The position numbers and the translations under genes are program-made. This document shows positions 17,134 to 24,116 of a stretch of 64,000 nt of DNA, in pieces; position 1 is the first letter of the stretch, and each line of letters starts with the position of its first letter. The stretch lies in the IMG/VR virus record IMGVR_UViG_3300042154_002208; one strand, 5' to 3'. Under the pieces are notes generated by a model. That model saw nothing but the letters and a program-made list of their open reading frames with translations. It ran no database searches and had not been told where the DNA came from. The stretch comes from a virus. Taxonomy: Duplodnaviria > Caudoviricetes.

Positions 17134-17331
17134 ATGAAGCAAAGAGAAACAGATTCTGGACGCGGGTGCGAATCCCGCCAGGTCCACCATAAAGATTTAC
17201 CGCCCGAACCGCAGAAGCCAAATTCTTGTTGCGGTAAAGGATGCGAGGGTTGTGTTTGGATTAGTTATTTTGAAGCACACAACCTTTGGAAAAGTCTTTA
17301 TGATGGGCCTGAAATAGATTCGACAGGGTAA
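17134..17331 (+). CDS. Cys-rich Oxidored-like (PF09791-type) mini-protein overlapping the tmRNA
   Basis: PPEPQKPNSCCGKGCEGCVWISYFEAHNLW matches, from memory, the P-x-P...CC-x-x-GC-x-x-CVW-x-x-Y pattern; no clear SD, ATG about 8 nt from the predicted transcription start. Confidence 0.6.
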   Translation: MKQRETDSGRGCESRQVHHKDLPPEPQKPNSCCGKGCEGCVWISYFEAHNLWKSLYDGPEIDSTG

Positions 17332-17388
17332 AGAGTACCAGAGTGGACAGCACATCAGAGTAGATGTTAAAACTAAAACAAAGTAAAC

Positions 17389-17421
17389 GCAAACGACTCA
17401 CAGTTCGCATTAGCAGCCTAA
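17389..17421 (+). other. tmRNA proteolysis tag reading frame (A)ANDSQFALAA
   Basis: Resume codon GCA after TAAAC; C-terminal LAA degron. Confidence 0.9.
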
Positions 17422-17504
17422 ACTCTGCTTAGGGTTTCGATAGGTTTCCTCGTAACAGAATAACCTATCATTTCACAAACACTCATACACACAAGGAGAT
17501 TAAA

Positions 17505-17777
17505 ATGAGTAATATGACACCGTTCGAAATTAGATTAGAACTTTTAAAAATGGCCAAAGATATGCTTGGTGACGATTACTACGGTAAACGTGAAGTAATA
17601 TCTAACGATTGGGCTACTAAGGTAGAGACAGCTAAACATGCTGGCCAAACACCTCCAGAGCATCCGGGCTATCCTGCCTACCCCTCAGAAACTGATATTA
17701 TTGCAAAGGCTCATGTATTGAATGGCTTTGTTTCTAACATTCCTCAAGATAATATAAAGACTATTAGTAAAAAGTAA
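17505..17777 (+). CDS. conserved phage hypothetical protein
   Basis: Strong SD AAGGAG after a CA-rich leader; MTPFEIRLELLKMAKDML. Confidence 0.8.
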   Translation: MSNMTPFEIRLELLKMAKDMLGDDYYGKREVISNDWATKVETAKHAGQTPPEHPGYPAYPSETDIIAKAHVLNGFVSNIPQDNIKTISKK

Positions 17778-17814
17778 TCTGAAGGCAGGGGGAGAAATCC
17801 CCTTGCATAGATAA

Positions 17815-18345
17815 ATGAAAACATATACACAAACATTTTTAGTAGCAGTATCTGCAGTATTGTTGGTATCAATACTAACACAAGTAACAACATCGAAATT
17901 ACATAAGTTAAAACAATCGAACTTTGCAGATACTACTGCAACGGTTGCAGTTAGAGAACAGCAATTAGATTGTTTGGCAAAAAATATTTACCACGAAGCA
18001 AGAAGTGAACCATTTGAGGGCAAGGTCGCTGTAGCGCAAGTTACAATGAACCGGGCCGCCAATGCAGGTTTCCCAAACGATATTTGCCGTGTGGTGTATC
18101 AAAAGAATGTGGTATATGAAAAAGTTATTTGTCAGTTTAGTTGGTACTGCGAGACAGCTACAAAAACAAAACCAATTCACCAATCCGCATATAAAGAATC
18201 TTATGAAGTAGCTAAGAAAGTCTTACTTGAAGGATTCCGATTAGCAGGATTAACTGACGCACTTTATTATCACGCAACATATGTTTCTCCTGGATGGAAA
18301 CGACAACAAATCGCACAAATTGGCAATCACATTTTTTACAAATAA
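17815..18345 (+). CDS. SleB-like cell wall hydrolase (Hydrolase_2) with N-terminal TM/signal
   Basis: CLAKNIYHEARSE, VAVAQVTMNR, CQFSWYC, YYHATYVSPGW, IGNHIFY. Confidence 0.9.
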   Translation: MKTYTQTFLVAVSAVLLVSILTQVTTSKLHKLKQSNFADTTATVAVREQQLDCLAKNIYHEARSEPFEGKVAVAQVTMNRAANAGFPNDICRVVYQKNVVYEKVICQFSWYCETATKTKPIHQSAYKESYEVAKKVLLEGFRLAGLTDALYYHATYVSPGWKRQQIAQIGNHIFYK

Positions 18346-18348
18346 ATT

Positions 18349-18654
18349 ATGAAATACCCCACACTACAAGATGTTATTAACTATTGCAAAACAACCTTAA
18401 CGGTTGCTACTGCAGAAACAATTGCCTGGATCGGCATTGTACTTATTCATGCGGCAACTGTGCCTACAATGATTTCAATTATGTCTGGTCTATCAGATAA
18501 AATGCCGCCGGTTGATCTTATTCTATTCATTTGGGGCGGCCTATCAATGTTGTTTGTGCGAGCAGTAATCCTTAAAGATATTCTACACATAGTAACTATT
18601 GGAGTTGGATTTATTATTCACTCTGCACTTCTTGCTTTAATTCTATTTAAATAA
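18349..18654 (+). CDS. small membrane protein (about 3 TM)
   Basis: Three hydrophobic stretches. Confidence 0.7.
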   Translation: MKYPTLQDVINYCKTTLTVATAETIAWIGIVLIHAATVPTMISIMSGLSDKMPPVDLILFIWGGLSMLFVRAVILKDILHIVTIGVGFIIHSALLALILFK

Positions 18655-18656
18655 TT

Positions 18657-19184
18657 ATGTCTACATTAAAAGAACAAACTTACGAAAAACACAAAGAAGC
18701 GGAAACCCAAGCTTTTATCAAAGAGATTTTTCAAAAGAGAGTTGATAAAAATAAGTATGCGGAATACCTCTATCAATTATACTTAGTATATCATGCAATG
18801 GAAAACATTGCAGGTCCAAAATTAGGTGCATATGAAGGTATCCCTGGTCTTTACAGATCTAAAGCAATTTTTGAAGATTTTCAGGAATTGGCAGTACCGG
18901 ATAAAACATATACCATTAAAGAATCCACATTAAGGTATATTCAGTATATCATGGACATTACTAAGCATGATGATTTAATTGCACATATGTATGTAAGATA
19001 CTTAGGTGATTTAAATGGCGGACAAATTTTTGCTAAGCTTGTTCCTGGTTCCGGCAAAATGTTTCAATTCGAAAATAAAGAAGAGCTAACAGAAAAGTTC
19101 CGAGCCAAATTAAAAGACGACATGGGTAAAGAGGCCTGTGTTGGATTTGATTATAATATACAAATTGTTAAGGAATTTAACTAA
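18657..19184 (+). CDS. hemO: heme oxygenase
   Basis: Proximal His in TYEKHKEAE; distal AHMYVRYLGDLNGGQI. Confidence 0.9.
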   Translation: MSTLKEQTYEKHKEAETQAFIKEIFQKRVDKNKYAEYLYQLYLVYHAMENIAGPKLGAYEGIPGLYRSKAIFEDFQELAVPDKTYTIKESTLRYIQYIMDITKHDDLIAHMYVRYLGDLNGGQIFAKLVPGSGKMFQFENKEELTEKFRAKLKDDMGKEACVGFDYNIQIVKEFN

Positions 19185-19873
19185 TGTCTTCGGTGTGGGA
19201 TACGTTAATTAAGATTGAACAATATCTTGAACATAAATTTTATGCTACCGGTAGTATTATACACGAACCAGCCATGGAGCGTTTTAATCAGCCGGGTTGG
19301 GTAAATAAAGTATGGGCCAGTAGCCGATACCGAAGAGCACACATTGACGTGGTAGATGCTCGTGAAACTAAAGGACTTTGGATGATGCATTGTTGCATCT
19401 TTCCGCATACACACAATCCCGCACCTATCTTTGGATTTGATGTTATAGCAGGTAAAAATAAGATTACCGGGTGTTTTATTGATTACAGTCCTGCGGGCGA
19501 TGTGAACCACCACATGATTAAATATTTTGGTGAAGAAGTTAGAAAATACGAATGGAATAAAAAACGCAAACTACCAGACTGGGCCGAACGTATTTTCAGT
19601 GAGCATATGGTAGCTGCTGGTAACGTAAGTGAAGAAAATGAATTAAAACAACTTACAAGTTTGGCACATATCCTAGTTAATCATTATGTAGACACAGTAG
19701 ATGAAACTAATCAAACTGCTAACGATACAGCACCTGAACAGAATTATTATTGTGAAAATCAAAAACAAAATCCGCACACTCCTAAAGTTATGGTTAGTTT
19801 GGGGTTGAGTGAAGATGATGTTCGGCATTTTATTCAGGAATGCTTGTTCCCAGAATTACAAAAATTAAAATGA
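19184..19873 (+). CDS. pcyX: ferredoxin-dependent bilin reductase (PcyA/PcyX type)
   Basis: RRAHIDVVD, MMHCCIFP, IFGFDVIAG, NYYCENQKQNPHT; adjacent to heme oxygenase; the subfamily call is an inference. Confidence 0.8.
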   Translation: MSSVWDTLIKIEQYLEHKFYATGSIIHEPAMERFNQPGWVNKVWASSRYRRAHIDVVDARETKGLWMMHCCIFPHTHNPAPIFGFDVIAGKNKITGCFIDYSPAGDVNHHMIKYFGEEVRKYEWNKKRKLPDWAERIFSEHMVAAGNVSEENELKQLTSLAHILVNHYVDTVDETNQTANDTAPEQNYYCENQKQNPHTPKVMVSLGLSEDDVRHFIQECLFPELQKLK

Positions 19874-19894
19874 ACAACTTGATTTTTAAATCTA

Positions 19895-19923
19895 TTGAAC
19901 TTTTACCATTATACCTATATAAT
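19895..19923 (+). promoter_or_regulatory. sigma70-type promoter upstream of gp33
   Basis: TTGAAC-17bp-TATAAT. Confidence 0.6.
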
Positions 19924-19948
19924 ATAGATATTAATAAAATAGGATACA

Positions 19949-20218
19949 ATGACAGAACTTAATTTGAATGAAGTATTGACCGACAGTTTAATTATTACCA
20001 AAAGATTTCGATCGCAAAATGAATTCTCTTTGTATATTGAAGAAAAGGTCTTATCTGAAAGTATAGGATATATGGATGCAGTAATACAATACTGCAATGA
20101 AATTGATATAGATGTTGCAGCTGTTGCCAATCTAATTAATCAATCACTAAAAGATAAGATTCAAAATGAAGCAGAAGAGCAAAACTATATGAGGCCGCGT
20201 GGTAAATTACCCCTATGA
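19949..20218 (+). CDS. gp33: late transcription coactivator gp33
   Basis: FSLYIEEKV...YMDAVIQYC...SLKDKIQNEA; located before gp59 and gp32. Confidence 0.85.
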   Translation: MTELNLNEVLTDSLIITKRFRSQNEFSLYIEEKVLSESIGYMDAVIQYCNEIDIDVAAVANLINQSLKDKIQNEAEEQNYMRPRGKLPL

Positions 20219-20835
20219 TAATGGATGAATACTCAGTTTATAAAATGTACTTAGCTTTGCGATTACATTTCACAACAGACAATTATGATGTAATTCAACA
20301 AAAAGGCAGAGTGCGGGCAAGTCGTCAAGCATATGCCAAACGCAAAGATTTGTTTTCAATTAGAAAAATTGCCAAAAGTTATTCAGATGAAGAAGTTGCA
20401 AATTTTCTAGTAGCGAATTTTGTGTCAGGTGATCGCTGGGGCGGAATGTTTGATCTAGAAGCCGGACAAAGATATAAAGAATGGAAAAAGCGAGTCGAGA
20501 GTTTATCGTATAATTTTGAACAAGAATTAGATAATATCGTCAATGATTTAGAAGAATCTAATCTAAAAATTGAGGGTATTTTTACCGTGTCAAAAGGTCA
20601 GCATCCATATATAATTAAAGCATTCTTACGAAACACAATTAGTATAGAAACTTTAGTGATATTGGAAAGACTAAATAAATTTACCGAGAGGTTTGATCGA
20701 GAGATCAGCGACACCGTGGTGTGGCCTGATGTTTCTAGACTTATTAAAAAGTACAAACCATTTCTTTTAATCGACATGGAAAAATACGATGCAATCTTTA
20801 GAAGACGAGTTGGAACTAAAAACGCAGAAGATTAA
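20215..20835 (+). CDS. gp59: helicase loader gp59
   Basis: YKMYLALRLHFTTDNYD...ISIETLVIL...KKYKPFL. Confidence 0.88.
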   Translation: MIMDEYSVYKMYLALRLHFTTDNYDVIQQKGRVRASRQAYAKRKDLFSIRKIAKSYSDEEVANFLVANFVSGDRWGGMFDLEAGQRYKEWKKRVESLSYNFEQELDNIVNDLEESNLKIEGIFTVSKGQHPYIIKAFLRNTISIETLVILERLNKFTERFDREISDTVVWPDVSRLIKKYKPFLLIDMEKYDAIFRRRVGTKNAED

Positions 20836-21010
20836 GCGTTTAGAACAAGATATTTTAATGTTACAAGAATCGCTTTTTACAACACAGGAATCTTTGAAAG
20901 AGACTCAGAGATATTTAATTAAATTGGCACATAGCCAAATGGAATTAAATAAAAGAATGGCGGCTTGGCCTTTCCTCAAGGTTAAAGCTAAAGGAAAAGA
21001 AGATGTTTAA
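20789..21010 (+). CDS. hypothetical coiled-coil protein
   Basis: 73-aa ORF overlapping the end of gp59. Confidence 0.55.
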   Translation: MQSLEDELELKTQKIKRLEQDILMLQESLFTTQESLKETQRYLIKLAHSQMELNKRMAAWPFLKVKAKGKEDV

Positions 21011-21039
21011 CTTTAAGGTAGGAGCCTTGATTTTTTAAA

Positions 21040-21228
21040 ATGGAAAAGTTTAAGAAGAACGATTATAATGATCGTGAAAAGAAAATGCGCCGAGTTGAAA
21101 AGGGCACACAGAAGATTGACAAACATCGAAAGATTATATATAATGTAGCATCGTTCAATAAAGACGACGATGCGTTTGATGAGTACCTAGATTATGCATA
21201 CGCTAATCAAAAATTTAAAAAACGTTAA
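21040..21228 (+). CDS. hypothetical basic protein
   Basis: 62-aa ORF. Confidence 0.6.
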   Translation: MEKFKKNDYNDREKKMRRVEKGTQKIDKHRKIIYNVASFNKDDDAFDEYLDYAYANQKFKKR

Positions 21229-21273
21229 TACTAAAACGAAAAACCATACACCGTTAATACGAAAGGACATACT

Positions 21274-22206
21274 ATGGCTTACACTTCACTAGCAGATCTC
21301 CGCAAATCCCGCGGCGGCTTCGATTCTTTAATGAAAGAAGTTGAAAAGATCGCAAATCCACAATCCGAATCTAACAATAGAAATGACGACCGCTTCTGGC
21401 AACCCGAGGTTGACAAAGCAGGCAACGGCTACGCTGTTATTCGTTTCTTAGCTCCTCCTAAGGGCGAAGAACTTCCATGGGTTAGAGTTTGGAATCACGG
21501 TTTCCAAGGCCCAACCGGGAAATGGTACATTGAAAATTCACTAACAACTATTGGCAAGACCGATCCTGTATCTGAGTTTAATACTGAGTTATGGAATTCA
21601 GGCTCAGAGGCCAATAAAGAAGTTGCTCGAAAACAAAAGCGTAAACTAACTTACTACACAAATATTCTTATCGTTCAGGATTCTAAACACCCTGAAAATG
21701 AAGGCAAAGTATTTTTGTTTAAGTTTGGTAAAAAGATTTTCGACAAAATTAAGGATGTTGCTGAGCCACAGTTCGAGGACGAAAAGCCACTTAATCCGTT
21801 CGACTTTTGGGAAGGTGCAAACTTTAAATTAAAAATTCGTAATGTGGAAGGATATCGCAATTACGATAAATCAGAGTTTGATACACCAAGCCCAATTTCC
21901 GAGGATGATTCTATTATCGAGAACATTTGGAACAAGCAACATTCTCTTACAGCGTTTCTTGACCCTAAAAACTTCAAGTCATATGAAGATCTTAAGAAAA
22001 AACTAGATATGGTTCTTTCTGGAGGCACAACTGCAATTAAGAAAGCAGAAGAAGTTACATTGGGCGAAGATGCAAATTATGTGCAACCTGCAACACCTGC
22101 AGCACGCCCAGCAGCCGCGCCAAAGGCAGCTCCTACTAAGGAAGTTGACTTTGATGATGATGACGAGTCATTGTCATATTTCTCAAAACTAGCGAGCGAT
22201 GATTAA
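21274..22206 (+). CDS. gp32: single-stranded DNA-binding protein gp32
   Basis: DKAGNGYAVIRFL, GKWYIENSLTT, FKFGKKIFDKI, FDFWEGANFKLKI, acidic C-terminal tail. Confidence 0.95.
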   Translation: MAYTSLADLRKSRGGFDSLMKEVEKIANPQSESNNRNDDRFWQPEVDKAGNGYAVIRFLAPPKGEELPWVRVWNHGFQGPTGKWYIENSLTTIGKTDPVSEFNTELWNSGSEANKEVARKQKRKLTYYTNILIVQDSKHPENEGKVFLFKFGKKIFDKIKDVAEPQFEDEKPLNPFDFWEGANFKLKIRNVEGYRNYDKSEFDTPSPISEDDSIIENIWNKQHSLTAFLDPKNFKSYEDLKKKLDMVLSGGTTAIKKAEEVTLGEDANYVQPATPAARPAAAPKAAPTKEVDFDDDDESLSYFSKLASDD

Positions 22207-22237
22207 GCTTGCGACTATTCTTTTTGGAGAAGATAAC

Positions 22238-22483
22238 ATGAAATCCCTTATTGTATTTCTAGCCGCAATGGCTATGGCTCATTCTGGTTTTGCAGCAGAA
22301 CCTGCAGAAAAGAAAAAAGAGCCAGCAAAAACTACCAAGGCAAAGCCTGCAGCACCGACACCCACAGCAACACCGGGTGTTATTAAAATAGAGAAAAAAG
22401 AAGGGGCGGCCAAAGAAGAGAAACTTCCAAAGCCAACTGTTAAACGACCTGAAGAGTTAGCTGCTGAAAAAGCGAAGAAGTAA
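22238..22483 (+). CDS. signal-peptide-bearing Lys/Ala/Pro-rich small protein
   Basis: MKSLIVFLAAMAMAHSGFA signal; SD GGAG. Confidence 0.7.
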   Translation: MKSLIVFLAAMAMAHSGFAAEPAEKKKEPAKTTKAKPAAPTPTATPGVIKIEKKEGAAKEEKLPKPTVKRPEELAAEKAKK

Positions 22484-22487
22484 AAGG

Positions 22488-22515
22488 AAAAGCCCAGTTA
22501 ATTCTGGGCTTTTTT
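22488..22515. terminator. bidirectional intrinsic terminator between convergent blocks
   Basis: AAAAGCCCAG-TTAATT-CTGGGCTTTTTT. Confidence 0.85.
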
Positions 22516-22532
22516 GTGACAGCATATGTAGA

Positions 22533-24116
22533 TTAATACCGCTTATCTTGCCAACGATCAACTCCATTTGAATTTGGATATGGTCTTGGAGGAGATGTTA
22601 CAAATTGTTGTGTACTGTTATCTACAGTTCTATTCGTTATCATAGGTGCAAGTATTTGCGATATAGATTCCTTTGCTTCTTTTAGATCCATATTTTCATT
22701 TTCTAATCGTTTTAATATATCTATTTTTTGATCGCCGGTTGTAGCAGCTTGCAATTGTTTAAGGGCCTCATTTGAAAAACTACTAGCAAGATTTGAATCT
22801 AATGATTGCTCTTGATTAGGTCCTACCTTATCAGCAGTTGCTGAAGATTGTTTGGTTTCAATATTGGCATATCGATTTAATCTTGCGGTTTCTGCTGCCA
22901 TTTGGTCTGGCATATCCGCAGTTGGAATACGTTTGTTTAACGTATCTATATCTGTTTGTAACTTATCTCTATATTGTTTATTTGATTCTAGCGATGGATC
23001 TAAATTATTAAGACTTTGTTCCTTTATTCTAAGTTGTTCTTTTAAATCTTTAGAAGAACTAGAACTTTCAAAATCAGTGTTAGCTATTTTTAATAATGCT
23101 TCTCTGCCACCTAATTTTTCTATATCACGGTTACTCCCACCTAGAGCATTTCTTGCTTCTTCAGGAGTCATACCCATTTTAGTGGGATCGATAGTAGGGG
23201 CAACATTTTCTCTAAATGCCTTTTCTGCAGTCTTGCCTGCACCGGCAGCCATTTTATCCCCATATCCGGTTTCACCCAGAAATTCGCTTGCTTCATATGC
23301 ACCGACGGCAAGACTAGCCGGACCTAATAATCTTCCACCCAATCCCAATTTTCCGGGGACTTTTCCCCCCGTTGGTACTTTGCCGCCGCCAGGTACCGGT
23401 GGTACTTTGCCGCCGCCAGGTACCGGTGGTACTTTAGGTGTTTTACCTAATAATTTACTTAGACCAAGTGCCTCAAGTATACTTGAAATTATACCACCCA
23501 AACCACTTCCAGAATCTTGATTGCCGAGTCCAATATTTTTTAATTTATCTGCAATAGCTTGTGCTAGCAATTCTCTATCTCTTTGTTTATCTTCTTCAGT
23601 ATTAGGTTCTAAGCCTGACCCCGATAATGCGGGCACTGTACTTTTATTATCACCGTAACCAGCTTTTTGTGCAACAATTTTTCGTATTACAACTACTTCC
23701 GCAAGTAAATTCTTTTCCAATTCTGTATTTTTCATCTTCAACAATTCATTTTTAAATTGTGATAATGTTAATACTTTATTTTCAGATTTATCCTCACCGT
23801 CTGCGGTTTTCAACTCCATATTTTCGGGCATTGCATTTTTGCCACCTAATACGTATTTTTTTGCGTCAGTAAACGGAGTAATAAACCCCTTTCCAAAGTC
23901 TTTAAGATCGCCAATCAGTGTTCTTTGTTTATCTTCTTTATCCTCGGTAGACTCGGAAGATTTTTTAGCTTTACCTACTCGTCGTTCTAAAATCTTAGAT
24001 AAATTATTTATTGATTTATTCAATGCTTCAATATCTTTGCTTTTAGATGTCGCAATGAAAGAATCAAATATTGAATTCATAACACCTGAAGAATTGCCTG
24101 GTTGTTTAGTCGCCAT
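22533..24116 (-). CDS. hypothetical protein, candidate tape measure / gp29-like
   Basis: 527 aa, helical with Gly-rich hydrophobic stretches; lies downstream of the gp54-gp26-gp51-like genes; function inferred from position. Confidence 0.5.
   Translation of the reverse strand: MATKQPGNSSGVMNSIFDSFIATSKSKDIEALNKSINNLSKILERRVGKAKKSSESTEDKEDKQRTLIGDLKDFGKGFITPFTDAKKYVLGGKNAMPENMELKTADGEDKSENKVLTLSQFKNELLKMKNTELEKNLLAEVVVIRKIVAQKAGYGDNKSTVPALSGSGLEPNTEEDKQRDRELLAQAIADKLKNIGLGNQDSGSGLGGIISSILEALGLSKLLGKTPKVPPVPGGGKVPPVPGGGKVPTGGKVPGKLGLGGRLLGPASLAVGAYEASEFLGETGYGDKMAAGAGKTAEKAFRENVAPTIDPTKMGMTPEEARNALGGSNRDIEKLGGREALLKIANTDFESSSSSKDLKEQLRIKEQSLNNLDPSLESNKQYRDKLQTDIDTLNKRIPTADMPDQMAAETARLNRYANIETKQSSATADKVGPNQEQSLDSNLASSFSNEALKQLQAATTGDQKIDILKRLENENMDLKEAKESISQILAPMITNRTVDNSTQQFVTSPPRPYPNSNGVDRWQDKRY
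23374..23435. repeat. 27-bp tandem repeat, about 2.3 copies (GGKVPPVP-type peptide)
   Basis: GGTACTTTGCCGCCGCCAGGTACCGGT at 23374 and 23401, partial copy at 23428. Confidence 0.85.

Larger units (their letters stand above)
17126..17470 (+). ncRNA. ssrA: circularly permuted (two-piece) tmRNA
   Basis: Acceptor piece comes first: T-arm GCGGG-TGCGAAT-CCCGC (17162-78), then CAGGTCC-A-CCA ending at 17189. Coding piece starts GGGCCTG (17305-11), which pairs with CAGGTCC including G3:U, followed by ATAGATTCGAC. Tag frame GCA AAC GAC TCA CAG TTC GCA TTA GCA GCC TAA (17389-17421). Terminal hairpin GATAGGTT...AACCTATC. Ends are approximate. Confidence 0.93.

Noticed and set aside
17162-17189. tRNA-like 3' half with CCA (possible tRNA gene)
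   Set aside because: No upstream D-arm, anticodon arm or 5' acceptor strand; its partner strand lies downstream, so it is the acceptor piece of the permuted tmRNA.
16428-17500. CRISPR-Cas system suggested by the Cas4-like gene
   Set aside because: No repeat-spacer array and no other cas genes are visible in the window.
22852-23520. 222-aa plus-strand ORF and other long antisense ORFs in the track (e.g. 12238-12684, 44332-44820, 46069-46533)
   Set aside because: They lie opposite well-supported genes, lack SD or motif support, and are explained by codon bias on the coding strand.
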